DNA of 64,000 nucleotides from Takakia lepidozioides (Eukaryota > Plantae > Bryophyta): contig CM060731.1 in NCBI GenBank assembly GCA_030704615.1, positions 92,938,001 to 93,002,000 of the forward strand, in the 5' to 3' direction. The notes under the pieces were generated by a model. That model was not told where the DNA came from and ran no database searches. It saw only the letters and a program-made list of their open reading frames with translations. Shown here piece by piece: positions 26,401 to 38,399 of this stretch; the first letter of the stretch is position 1; every line of letters starts with the position of its first letter. The position numbers and the translations under genes are program-made.

Positions 26401-27055
26401 CGGGAGGCAGAAACGTTACCTTTCTGACTGGGAATTTGGCATAGTCGAGAGCAGCCAGCTCGGAGCGAGAACCATCAAGGTGATGTTGTCGTAGGAGCTG
26501 CACAATGGACCGGGTTGGAGTTATGCTCGAGGGCACATGCGTAGCACCTACAGAGACGTCCATGCCGGATTTGAACGACCGTGTGGAGGACATGGGTACC
26601 TCAATGCAATCATCTTCCTCGTCGGAAATGTCGAATACATCCACACGAGAAGCTATGGAGGGTCTTGACGGTCCAGGCCGGGAATGATTATCGTTGCACA
26701 CCTCTCTGTTGGCAGTGGCCGCCTATCGGTTTCCGGACTCCTTTGTGGATGGTGTGGGCAGCGACTGATTCGGAAAGGGAATGGGCATTCCCACAGCTCG
26801 GTACAGGATGGTGTCTGATGGGGGTACGTGCCATTCGATTCCACAACCTCCGTCGTTACCTAGCACGACAATGGTCTCGTCAACCTGTCCAGGAACATCC
26901 TTCCTTTCTTCTTCCAAATAAACTGTGCCCGGTTTGAGCTTGAATTTGGAACAAAGGTAAGTTTCAGTCACTCTGTAAAGTCCTCCCTCGTTTGGGATCC
27001 AGGCTCTCCCAAGTTGCGGAGGACAACAAACTATAGCGTAGGAATTCGGAGCCAT
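23449..27055 (-). pseudogene. Near full-length Mutator-like transposase (family D, left copy)
   Basis: ORFs 26723-27259, 24992-26701, 24201-24869 and 23449-24513 join into N-domain + GCM-like + MFDH/GFMAD/CGFH/NMAES + SWIM (CNCTDF..CPCKH). In-frame TAG at 26723 and TGA at 24992, 1-bp deletion at about 24480, intron about 24880-24961. Confidence 0.9.
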
Positions 27056-27472
27056 CGAAGACCGCACGAAGTTGGCAAGTGCGAGGTTCAGTATAGCGAC
27101 AGACCAAGGCTCACAGGCACCATGTGCAGTCCATCGACGATTGGAAGTCGCACATTGAAGTGGAAAGTATTGTTTCAAGCTACATGCATGAAGGTGGGAG
27201 GTGTGATTCCATAGCCAGTAAGTTAGACAATGATGGCCGATTCGGCGACGAAATAACATCTCCTGACAGTTTCTCCTGAGGGTGGATCCAGCAGTATTCT
27301 CGGTGCAGACAGGAACGTTCGCACTGACAAGTGCCAGTACTGTTAGTTAAAACGGTGAGACAACCAAGTTGTGCTAATTAAGACTGGCCGCAATTGTGTT
27401 GTTTCGGAACAATGCAACCCATTCAGGTTCCAGATTTCCCGTCCCGAGTGATTCTTTCGATTGCTGGTGGAC

Positions 27473-28960
27473 GGAAATGCGGCACCGAGTTTCCGTCCGG
27501 GGGAAACCTTTATACTCTCCAGAACGGAAATGCGGTAACGCATTTCCATCCAGCAAGCACGGTATGTGAAGGTGGAACGGAAATGCGGTACCGCATTTCC
27601 GTTCTGATTGAGAATTATGAACAAAGGGAATAGAAATGCGGCACCGCATATCCGCCCGGGTGAGACCTTAACACTCTCCAGAACGGAAATGCGATAACGT
27701 ATTTCCATCCAGAAAGCACGGTATGTGAAGGTGGAACGGAAATGCGGTACCGCATTTCCGTTCTGATTGAGAATTATGAACAACGGGAACAGAAATGCGG
27801 CACCGCATTTCCGTCCGAGTCGCACTTTCCGACATTCCAGAACGGAAATGCGGCGCCGCATTTCCATTTTGTATCTGATGCAGCGAGCCGAGTGCAATTC
27901 CGACCGCTTGAGACATTCATACTATCCAGAACGGAAATGCGGTGCCGCATTTCCGTTCTGACTGAAAATCGTGAACCATCGGAACTGAAATGCGGCAGCG
28001 CATTTCCATCCGAGTCGCACCTCCCAACATTCCAGAACGCAAATGCGGCACCGCATTTCCGTTCTGATGAAAAATCGTGAAACATCGGAACTGAAATGCG
28101 GTACTGCATTTCCGTCGGAGTCGCACCTTCCGACATTCCAAAACGGAAATGCGGCGACGCATTACCGTTTTGTATGTGAGGCATGGAGCTGTGGAACGAA
28201 AATGCGGCACCGCATTTCCGCCAGGGTCAGACCTTAATACTCTACAGAACGGAAATGCGGTACCGCATTTCCGTTCTGACTGAAAATCGTGAACAACGGG
28301 AACAGAAATTCGGCTCCGCATTTCCGTCCGAGTCGCACCTTCCGACATTCTCGAACGGAAATGCGGCGCCGCATTTCCGTTTTGTATACGAGGCCTGGAG
28401 CTGTGGGACGGAAATGTGGTGCCGCATTTCCATCCATGTGAGACCTTCAAACTTTCCAGACAGAAAATGCGGCACCGCATTTCTGTTCAGGTGAGACCTC
28501 TATACTTTCCCGAACGGAAATGTGGAACGGCATTTCCGTTCATCAACTGCGGTATGTGAAGGGGGAACGGAAATGCGGTACCGTATTTCGATTCAGATTG
28601 AAAATCATGAACCACGGGAACTGAAATGTTGTGCCGCATTTCCGTCCGAATCGCACCTTTCGACATTCCTGAACGGAAATGCGGCGCCGCATTTCCCTTT
28701 TGTATCTCATACATGGAGCTGTGGGACGGAAATGCGGCACCGTATTTCCGTTCAACAACTAAGGTATGTGAAGGTGGAACTGAAATGCGGTGCCGCATTT
28801 TCTTCCAACAAGTACGGATGTGTAGCTTCGTGATGGTACTTAACGGAAATGCGGCGCCGCATTCGCATTTTCACTCCAACTCATCAGACGCTGGGACGGA
28901 AATGCCTTGAAATGTGAACACGTGGAGCAACGGAATTGCGGCACATGTCTGCACTCTATC
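27473..28960. repeat. Palindrome array 3 (family D): about 27 copies of GGAAATGCGGCGCCGCATTTCC at 53-bp period, between the divergent genes
   Basis: Starts at 27473, 27526, 27579, 27632, 27685, 27738, 27791, 27844, then 27933, 27986 and onward; several recurring spacer types. Confidence 0.95.
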
Positions 28961-29215
28961 TGACTGAAGTGGCATGAGGCGGCGCGGCCTGACCGTTGGA
29001 TAATGATGTTTGTTTTTCGGACGGCAGGCGTACCCTGAACGATTCGAATTTTGTAATGACGCAAAGTCCACGAGGAGACACTTTCGTCCAACCCTTTCGA
29101 ACCCAAGTGGTGCATCACCGCCGTTTCATCTACTTTTGTCGTGTCTCCTCAGTCACCCCTCTTGCACCCTTTCCATCTGCACTCTTTGCCCCTTTTCCCT
29201 GTCTCTGTTCTTCTT

Positions 29216-32200
29216 ATGCTCGAACCTGAGAGGGGGGGATTTTGTGCACCATACAGGAGACCTCGTCGCAAGCTCCGAAAATTATACTTCGGACGTAGGC
29301 CAAAGGGGAGGAAGCAGATGCGTCTACAGGAGGAGATTGCCATCTCCGAGCAGCAGGCCACTCAGGCAACCCAGCCACCAGTGAGAGCTCCATGCGATCG
29401 GGCTGCGCGCAGCTGATCGAGCACCGAACCCCCCATTTTGCTTCTGTAATTCTTAGACTGAATGCTAGGAGACTTGAATGCAGAACATGTTTGCATGCCT
29501 AACAGGAAAGGTGGACGTGCTGGAGGGATCGCAGGAATCCGAAGAGCCGCAGGAAGAGTCCGAGGAGCTAGCTGCAGCACGTACACCCACCCGATCCCTG
29601 AGCGCGGGTATTCCTGCCGGGCCTAGCCTGTGCGTTTCAAAGACGCGGCTTCGAAGGGCAAGTTCAAAGCCCCAGAGATCGACTCGCGTTCTTCGGTCAT
29701 GGAGAATCGCCAGCAGGGGTCGGGCCCTTCTCCAGCAAAGTCGAAGGAAGAAGCAGCCCGTCCCTCTACTGGTTTCTGAACCGGCTCAGGCCGCTTCACC
29801 CCCACCAACGCGAATGAAGCAGCCTGGTAAAAGACAGATTCAATTGCAGCAGACACCTTCACCTGCAAGGATGAGGAAGCAGAAGGCAATCAGGGCGACG
29901 GCCGAACAATCTCCCGCAAAACCGCTTCCACGAGCTGAAGCTCAGTTCCTGGAGGATTTCCCGCCTGCAGATGTTGGGGCCGACTCTGCTGCAGCGAAGG
30001 CAATGGGATCGACCGTTTCTGTCGATTTGGTACCGGAGGAGGGTGCTGCCGCTCAACGTTCGCAGCAAGACCTCACCACCGATGAGCAAGCAGGCCCGGA
30101 GGAGGCCTCTGCAATGGCAGAATTGCCCGCAGACAGGCCCCAGAGTGCAGCTCCAGTTGAGGATGCTCCAGCTGCTCAGCCACTACCGGCACCTACAGAC
30201 ATGTCTCCGAAGGATTTCAAAAGTGCAGCGGATAAAATGTTGGAGGAGACACACAGTAGCATTGGCAGAGTTCTGGGCAGCAGGGTATTCCAGCGGACTC
30301 TTCGAATCTCCACTCTGTCGCATGGTCTCCCTTCCCATCGTCAGGCAGGCCCTTCCCGGAGATGTGGATAAGCTCAAGTTTGCATTTCGAGAAGGGTACC
30401 GTCTGGGATCGGCAGCGTTTTACGTTTCCATTGAGAATGAGGACGGCAAAACTCGTGGACCCACTGCCGATGAATTGTCAACATGGGATACCCACTAGCA
30501 CACTCGCAACAACGAATTCGAGGCGACGCTGAAGGGTGATCCAGACTTCGGCCATATGTCGGGTAAAATGTTCTTTGTGTGGGACAGGAATCACCGACTT
30601 CTCGCCTGGTGGGAGTACATCAAGCAGAACCATGCCAAGCACATTGGCTGGCATTACATGGTGGAGTGTGTCATCCTCAAGGTGAAGGCGGCAGACTCCT
30701 CCTTGCTCAAGAATGCCATGGCGGACCTCAACTCGTAAGATACTCATACCCTCCCAAGCACGTTCGAAATGCGGTGCCGCATTTCGGTTTCCAATCTGTT
30801 TTGTTTCCGTGCTTTCGTGGACTGAACTGGAGAGTGTGCCTTGCAGGGTCACTGAAAATGCGTACGTGCATACCCACATGGCACATATGCTGTACAGGGT
30901 GAGGAAAACTGGTCTCACTGATCCGCACATGTTCGCGGAAATGCTGGAGCCCGAGCTCATTCAGAAAGCCGTGGCAAAAACTGACCGGACATGGTATCGT
31001 CTCACTATGGATGGAATGGTGGAGGTGATATACGAAGTAAGTCGTCCTCCGATTTCCCTCTGCTCATCCTTCAGATTGAAATTTCCAGTAATCTTTCCAC
31101 ATGAATCGAATGTAACGCTTCTGCATGTTTTTGTTGGCAGTCAAACATCAAGCTGGATTTGGCCCATGCCAAACGCTTCTTCATGGAAAGTGAGGGGCAG
31201 GTCAAAACGTTGCAGTCATTGACTGAGCACTTGAAGGAAGCCGGTGTCAAGTCCAGAACCAAATACAAGTCAAAGCTTGTGAAGCTGGTGGCAATTGCAG
31301 ATCCGGCACTTGGAAAGGACTTCATCCCCGAGATTGCAAAACACTATTCTCGGGCCATGCAGCCGACCATGCAATTGGAGAAACTGCATCACCTCTCAAC
31401 GGCATGTGTTGAGGCGAAAGAGAAGGTGAGGTTTCAATGCACTGAAGTTCCTTCCTAGCAATAGCCACTCTCTTCCAGCTCCTGACATTGGATCGGAAAT
31501 GGCAGACACGGTGGCTGTCGATCTGGAATGCATCCGAGAGCATAAGGACAATGTGGTCTTTTCCACTGGAAGTTTCCGACCCTGCAGTGGATGTGTGGCT
31601 CAACCGCATGACTTGGTGGTTCCAGGTAATTCAAGGTACTTCCCCAGATTTGCTTTTCTGAAATGAATTCCCTGAACTGCTACGTGACAATGCATTTGGG
31701 AATCGCAGGTAATGTCGAATGCGAAGGAGCAAGTCGTAATGCACACAAATTCGTTCGGCTTGTACGTCAAATGGGATGGAACACAGACATTGGAAGACTA
31801 CGTGACACGTTTCAGATGTGCGTACAAGGACAACCTTTTCGCCAGAGAGCTACAGACAGCAAGAAGGAGCGTGGAGTTTACACATCAGGAGGGAGCGGGG
31901 AAAGCTGCAATGCGAATTGTTTACAGGTGAAGCACAGCTGCCCTTGTATGCGAAGCCTGGTTACGAGGTTTGTCTCGGAAATGCGGCACCGCATTCGCAT
32001 TTTTGTTTTCGGTGGCACTCTGCGAGTAGGTTCGTCCAATCTTATGCTCACGCATGCTGACTGCCTTGCAGGTATATGAAATACGTGCTCCTTCAGACAG
32101 GGGCCCTGGCTCAAGAGCCCCCGTTCTTCATGGCTTGGACCGTGGCGGGCCCAAGCTGTGTCTACACACCCGAGATGCAGAAACAATGGCATCCCGCGCA

Positions 32201-34413
32201 TCTCGTTGGATGCCCCTGGTACCTGGATATGTCTGGCGGTATTGTTGACGAGTCTGAGAAAGATCTGCACGCCTTGGCAGAAGAGAAGAGAAAGGAAAGA
32301 CGTGTCCCTGCTGGGCCAAAGTCGGCAAAGGAATCTGCTGCTCTGGAAGAATCCAGAAAGGCAGCTGAGATGGCACAAAAGACGGTGGATGCAGCTGTGC
32401 AGGCCCAACAGAAGGGGTCGAAGAAGAGGACTCGCCAGCAAGGAGCAGCTGTTGTGACACCCGCCAAAACGAAGAAGCAGAAACAGCCTGTTCAGGAAGA
32501 GGGTGAGGAAGAGGACTCCGATGGAGACTTTGCAACCAGCCCACCCCCCCAAACGCAGGCTGCCTCCCCTGTGCCCACCGTTGTCACGAGAGGCACGAGA
32601 ACTGGCTCGGCAAAGAAGCACTCTTCAACCCCCCAGGGGGGCACCCTTTCGAGCCGGTGGAAATGAAGAGGCCGAAAGTGGCTCCCGAAACTGTAGTCCA
32701 GTGTGTAAATGAGAGTTTCTTGGGGCTTTGGATGGACGGGCAGCCAAGTTGGCATACATGAAGACCATGGAGGGTCTGAAGGGCAGAGCACTGAAGAAGG
32801 CGACTGCCGAAGAGCCTTCCGACACCCAGGATTTCAGAATATGGTCTCGTTCTTTGAGAGGGTGTGTGCAGACAAGGATTGTAGGAGGGGCGGAAATGCC
32901 ACCGAGTGGTTCTTGCGATATGATCATCTTGGATATTCCGGACGGAGAGCCTGTGGAAGGACTGCAAGCTTTGCCATCTTGGAACAGGTACTCGGAGGAC
33001 TTTTGGAAGAAAGGATTCGGGCTTGCCCGCATGGTGTTGGACGACAGAGGCTGTGTGGTTGTCCTGGCAGAGGAGAAAAAACACTCAGACAGGAATTGCG
33101 AAGTGGACCCGCAAGAGCGCCGTCCCGATTCTGAAAAGAAGTGGACGTGCATCAACACACGGGCCTTCGGTCGGAAGGGAAGAAGGTGATTACGACACTG
33201 GCACTCGTCCATTCATTTGCTTGGGTGTTTTCAAATGCGGTGCCGCATTCGGTTTCTAATCGTTCCCCCCTGTGTATGCAGACGAAGCAGTTCGATGCAT
33301 ACTGCTTTGTGAAGGAGAACTCCACCTTTGCTTTCCGGAAGGAGGGAGGAAAGGTTGACCCGAACTGCGACCCCTCATTACGACGTTCTGTTCAACAACG
33401 TTCCCAAGGAACTTCTCCCTCATAGCCTCACTTCAACGGAACCCCTGCGGTACTCACGGACTCGGAGCCCTGCCTTCATTCAGACAATTATGGAGACATG
33501 CACAGACGTGGAGGGCACAGTGCTCGACCTCATCTGTGGGACAGGTATGCAGAATCTTGATCTATGCTGTTCTGCAAATTCTCGTTAGGATGTAGTTCGC
33601 AACATCTGAAGCGCCATGTGGTAATGTGTGGATGGCATTGTAACAGGTGCCTCAATGTGGGCTGGGCGGTTTTCCGACCGGCACCTCTTTGCCTACGAGG
33701 AGGATTCATCCTTGTGGGGATCCCATCTGGAAGGGCTGCAACGGAATGTTAAGGCTTCCAACAGAGCGGAAGTCTCCTCGGATTCGTCGGAGTCCGAGGA
33801 AGACACAGTGGACATTGATGCGGAGGAGAACCCGGAATACGAGTGAGTGCAAACATTGTAAGTTTGCAAAGCCTTTGGGTCATTTTTGTCAAACGAATTT
33901 CCCGACTGTGGTTCTCATTAGTCTCGTTGATGATTGTCATGTGCAGGATTGCAGGGTCCGGGTCGAAAATGTAGGGCCTACACTTCCTGCCAGGAAGAAT
34001 GTCCCGTTCTTTGCGAGGGCCGACTTCATGACGAGCCCGGTGAGGGACTACTCCCTTCCTAGTTATGCAGCTAAACTCGCAAATACAGCGATTAGAAGAA
34101 GTGAGAATCCCAGTAAAGTAGAGCAGATTTTGGAGAGGGCTAGGGGGACAGAAGGATAAGGAAAGAGTTGGCAGCAGCTCAGACAGGTAGACGGGTACGA
34201 AAGTACATATGTGATTCAGCGGATGAGAGCGACGCAGACAGGGAGGAAGACGACCCAACGGAGGTGAGATGGACAGTTCCGCAAGGGGAAGATGGGATTT
34301 TCGAAAGCCTGGCCAATGAGCAGTCCGCTGGAGATGAGAAAGGCACTGAGGGGGTGGAGGCGGAGCAGGACAGTCTAGAACAGGATGAGGATTCGGATGA
34401 TTTTCAAGATTAA
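29216..34413 (+). pseudogene. Multi-exon accessory gene: basic N-terminus, ParB/Srx-like domain (~30230-30736), unknown helical central region, beta-class amino-DNA-methyltransferase-like domain (~32850-33750), acidic tail
   Basis: PLCRMVSLPIVRQALPGDVDKLKFAFREGY..GKMFFVWD(R)NHRLLAW; CDMIILDIPDG (motif-IV position, 32914-32946); RSPAFIQTIMETCTDVEGTVLDLICGTG/ASMWAGRFSDRHLFAYEED (motif I-II region); GT-AG introns; lesions at about 30310 (+1), 30496 (TAG) and others. Confidence 0.8.
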
Positions 34414-34549
34414 TAGAATTTTAATGAAGTCTCTGTAAATGTAAATTCTCTTCTAGAGTATATAAAGGAAAATCTCCCCGACATTCGTGACCCCTCTCCA
34501 GTGTGCATTCCAGCCACACAATCGCCCAAACCATGACGCTCCCAAAATC

Positions 34550-35255
34550 AGAAATGGGGCACCGCATTTCCAAAATTTTGGCAACTCTAAAACCTCTTTT
34601 GGAAATGCGGCCACCGCATTTCCAAAACAAGGGAGGGACTAAATTTTCCATTTCAATGTTGGCATAGTAAAAAGTAATCGGCCGATTGGAAATGCGGTGC
34701 CGCATTTCCAAAATTTCCTTTGTCCACACGCCAGTTTTGGCTTCTCCCGCTCATTGCATGGATGCCACCACGCTTACAGAGGTCGAACAAGGAGGTCGAA
34801 CAATGAGGTCGAGATGGCGGAATTGGAAATGCGGTACCGCATTTCCATATTGGGGATGGTCGTTGTTTGAACTGCAGGCCCATCAGCAAAAATTGGCACC
34901 GCATTCCATTGTCAAAAAAAAGTCGATGACGGACATGGAAATGCGGCGCCGCATTTCCAGAACGGACATCGCAATTTGTCCATTTGCAGACCCTCTCACG
35001 GAAATGCGGTAACGCATTCCATCGAGCTGGTCGGAAATGGGTGCACTTTTCGAAGTGTTGGACGGAAATGCGGCACCGCATTCCCTTGTCCAAAAAGAAG
35101 TTTCCATTGCCAAGCTGGAAATGCGTCGCCGCATTTGCAATGCCAACCTCGTTGTCTGTCCAATTTATAGACCCGTGTTGGTATTTCGTGTACTTGGACG
35201 GAAATGATGCACCGCATTCCAATGTCCGACATGGAAATGCGGTGTCGCATTTCGA
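34550..35255. repeat. Second family-D palindrome cluster (about 12 copies) downstream of the accessory gene
   Basis: GGAAATGCGG(CG/TG/CA/TA)CCGCATTTCC at about 34601, 34688, 34825, 34937, 35000, 35064, 35117, 35200, 35233. Confidence 0.9.
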
Positions 35256-35732
35256 TGCCGACATGGCGTTACTCTGGTATATTCTTGACACATGACTCTC
35301 ATACGGTTACTCTGGTATATTCATCCGGACAGACAAATTGTAGAAATGAGACATCAAATTGTAAACAGTGGGCCAATTCCGACAGTTATTCAACAGAATG
35401 AAACACAATCATACAGAAGTGAGGTACGATGGGTTTATTGATCGGACACGATGTCTCACATTTACCAACTGCAGACAAAACTAAGCCTTCCTCCTTCTAC
35501 ATGGGCTTCACCAAGTCGACGGAACTTCGATACCCCTCAAAACAAGCTCATCACTGCTGCGGCACCTCGAGGTAAACTGCAATTCGGTCGTTCTGCTGCC
35601 CTTGCTGGAGCCGACGACAATGTCATGTCCATCAATGATACCACCATCATACATTGACAAGGTCACTGTGGGCCTCATGTGCCCGTGCGATTCGTCTTCG
35701 CAACTCAGCCGAATGTCTCCATACACTGGAAG

Positions 35733-38399
35733 AGCTCCTGCGGGTTCTTTCAAGTGTGCACATTGCAAAGAACCACCGACGTGCATGTCCATGTGCAGAG
35801 CCAAGCAATATTACGTAATCCATTTGCTCCCGGACTTGACTAGAGCTTGCATACACGTTGGGGTCCACTGCCACCCCTTGGCGAGAGGCAACATGCGTGA
35901 GGCTGTGCAGGAAGCACACGACATCATAAAAGAGGAGGTGAAATTGAGCCCCGGAGCAGACCAAAGCAGATTCAGCTGAAGGCAGCCCACAAGATTGCTC
36001 TTGGCAAAATCATGTCTGAAGATGGTTCCGACCGAGAGCCCTTGACCGAAGACGAGATGCGTGACCTCTTGGAGTCCGTCTCGCACGTTTGTAGTCCGAA
36101 TGTGCGGAATCACATCGTATCTTGCAAGCAGGAGTTCGGCAGGGGGTCGGACATGTACTCAATCCTGGAGGTGAAACGAATGACTGGATATGACTACATC
36201 CAAGGTAGCAGGTTTCCAGGGCAAGGCAGCGAATCCGATCGTTGTTACATTTTCAAAATGTCGACGTGTGGGCCTGGGAGTGGAGTCGACTTGGTCACTC
36301 GCATGACAACTGGAAACTTGTCGAATGCTTGGGTGATGTTTGATCACATCAAGCGAATTACAAACCATCAGTGGGTGACTATGGTGCGCATGTTTATGAC
36401 TATCACTCCAAGAGGCTCATGACGATTGCAATCTGCGAGATGAAAGGGGAGGACACACAGTCCGAGATGCATCTGTGGGAGGGCATAAACGAGCAGATGG
36501 CAAGGGCGGGATTGCCAGAGCCCAATTTCAGGGGATTCATGGCAGACAACGCTCAGGCCAACTGGGCAGCGGTGCGGCGTGTGTACGGTGAGGACCCCAA
36601 TGTTCCAATGGAGGGGAAAGAGAGATCATGTGGATTCCATTGGATGCAGAGTCTATCCCACTACACTACCAAATTTGTTGCTAGCTCATTCCAGGCTGAA
36701 CACCGTGTCCTTTGTACGGCGTGGAAGGAGCACCCACATTTGATGACGCGGAGGTTAAGTTTGCTATCATCGAGGCTTGGTGGAACACGTCAGGTGCAGT
36801 GGAGACAACCAATCTGGGAGCATTGCACAGCTGGTTGGGGTGGTGGCATTTTCGGTATCGACAGTTCGGACAGTACATGCGGGAGGTAGGCTGCTGTCAA
36901 TTTCGTTCATTTGTCTTTCTGTTACGGACATTTCGATTGGTCCCTCACCATTGTTTGTGTCATTCTAGGAGCGGTGCTTGGATTCCGACACGGACATGCC
37001 GAACACGAATATGGCAGAATCGGTCCACTCCTCCTGGCGAGCGTCTTCTGCCGCACATCTGGTGGACGTAGTGACGGCCACAACGGAGGACATCGACAGA
37101 GCAATCATGCAGCAAGCCACGTACTACAAGTTCCTGAGCGGCAAACAATGGGGCTTTGGGCCGGACAGGGAGGAATTGTTGGTACGAACAGCTTCGAGGT
37201 CCAAGAATCCAGTGAAATGGGCGACAGCATTGCGAGAGAAGATCAAAGGGACGCCTCTGCACCGCAGAGGTGAACACCTAGAGGGGGACGTCTGGACTCG
37301 CCCTGTCAGGCGGAGGATTGAAGAGGAACCCGGGTGCGAAGAGGATTCCTGGAGATCCGACAGGAACATTTGGACAGCACCTCGAGGTCCCGTCATGTTG
37401 CCGCACAATGTGTCTTCCAGCAGTGGAAGCCCAAGAAATTCCAGATCGCCGTCGCCTTCAACCGGGGATTTCGTGCAACAAATTCCCACCGCTCCCTTGC
37501 CCCACATTCCGCCCGCTGTTATGCAGTATGGCCAAGCCATTGTGGAGACGACTGTGTCTGCCTCACAGTGGAGAATTGCTCGCACAAAGCCGTCGTTTCG
37601 AGGAAGGTGTTCCGCAATTCGTGTGGATACACGGCAACGTTGTTTAGAGATGATAAGGAGGAATCCAGATGGGGCTGTCCCTGCTCCTACTTTTACAGGA
37701 AGATTTGTCCATGCAAAGTTTGCGGAGGCGACAACCACCCAGTTCTGGTTCTGCAGGCACGACATTATGACTTGCGTGTATGGAAAGCCCAAGTACGGCA
37801 TACAGACAATGCCAGAGGCTCCCCCGGTGTGGCCGGTGGAACCAGGCTGCGATCTGAGTCAGGTTGAGGCCGACGCCCTTACCGCCGCAGGATTTCGGAT
37901 GGTGCAGCGCACTGACGTGCCCAGACAACCATTTCCGCTTCCACAGCCTCCACCACCGACCCCTGTGAGAGCAAGAACAATGGGACACGACAGCTCTAAG
38001 CATCCTACACACCGTTGGGGGAAACCGAAGAGGCGGCGACCTCCCTCAAAAGTGAACGAGACAAGGATGGGGAATGCACTTCGGATGAACTGTACAATCC
38101 AGAGCTCGACAGAAGTGCCCCCACCAGGATTCGGGCGTGTGTATCAGATGGCCACGGCGGGCTCAGCTGTTCGCAATGAGGTGTACACCATCACCATTTC
38201 AGAATTACCCACCTGCAATTGCACCGACTTCCAGATCATGGCGAACAAGGGGGCATCATACTGCCCTTGCAAGCATTTGTACTACGTGTACCTAAAGAGA
38301 CTCCGTTGTAATTCCACAACTCATCACTTCATACATGCACCAGGGTTGAGCCCCCAGGAGGTTCACACTCTTCTGAATATGGATCCAGGGGACCAGTGA
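35733..38399 (+). pseudogene. 5'-truncated second copy of the family-D transposase (right arm), intron 36886-36968
   Basis: Near-identical to the left copy; ORF 36978-38399 is intact through the SWIM finger; 1-bp frameshifts at about 35960, 36385 and 36730. Confidence 0.9.

Noticed and set aside
27473-28960. CRISPR-like look (22-bp palindromic repeat + ~31-bp spacers); also arrays 1, 2 and 4
   Set aside because: Spacers recur as a few related types in higher-order repeats, repeats are degenerate, there are no cas genes, and the context is eukaryotic with introns.
29216-34413. Bacterial/prophage contamination or a restriction-modification/partition operon
   Set aside because: The gene has multiple GT-AG introns at positions conserved between families and is embedded among plant TEs; no ParA or restriction enzyme is present.
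35500-35730. Possible third gene of the element (minus-strand ORF remnant)
   Set aside because: Short, truncated by the inverted-repeat junction, with no recognisable motif or second copy in the window.
35950-36740. Programmed frameshifting in the transposase
   Set aside because: The 1-bp indels differ between the two near-identical copies and several are in short homopolymers; mutation or sequencing error is more likely.
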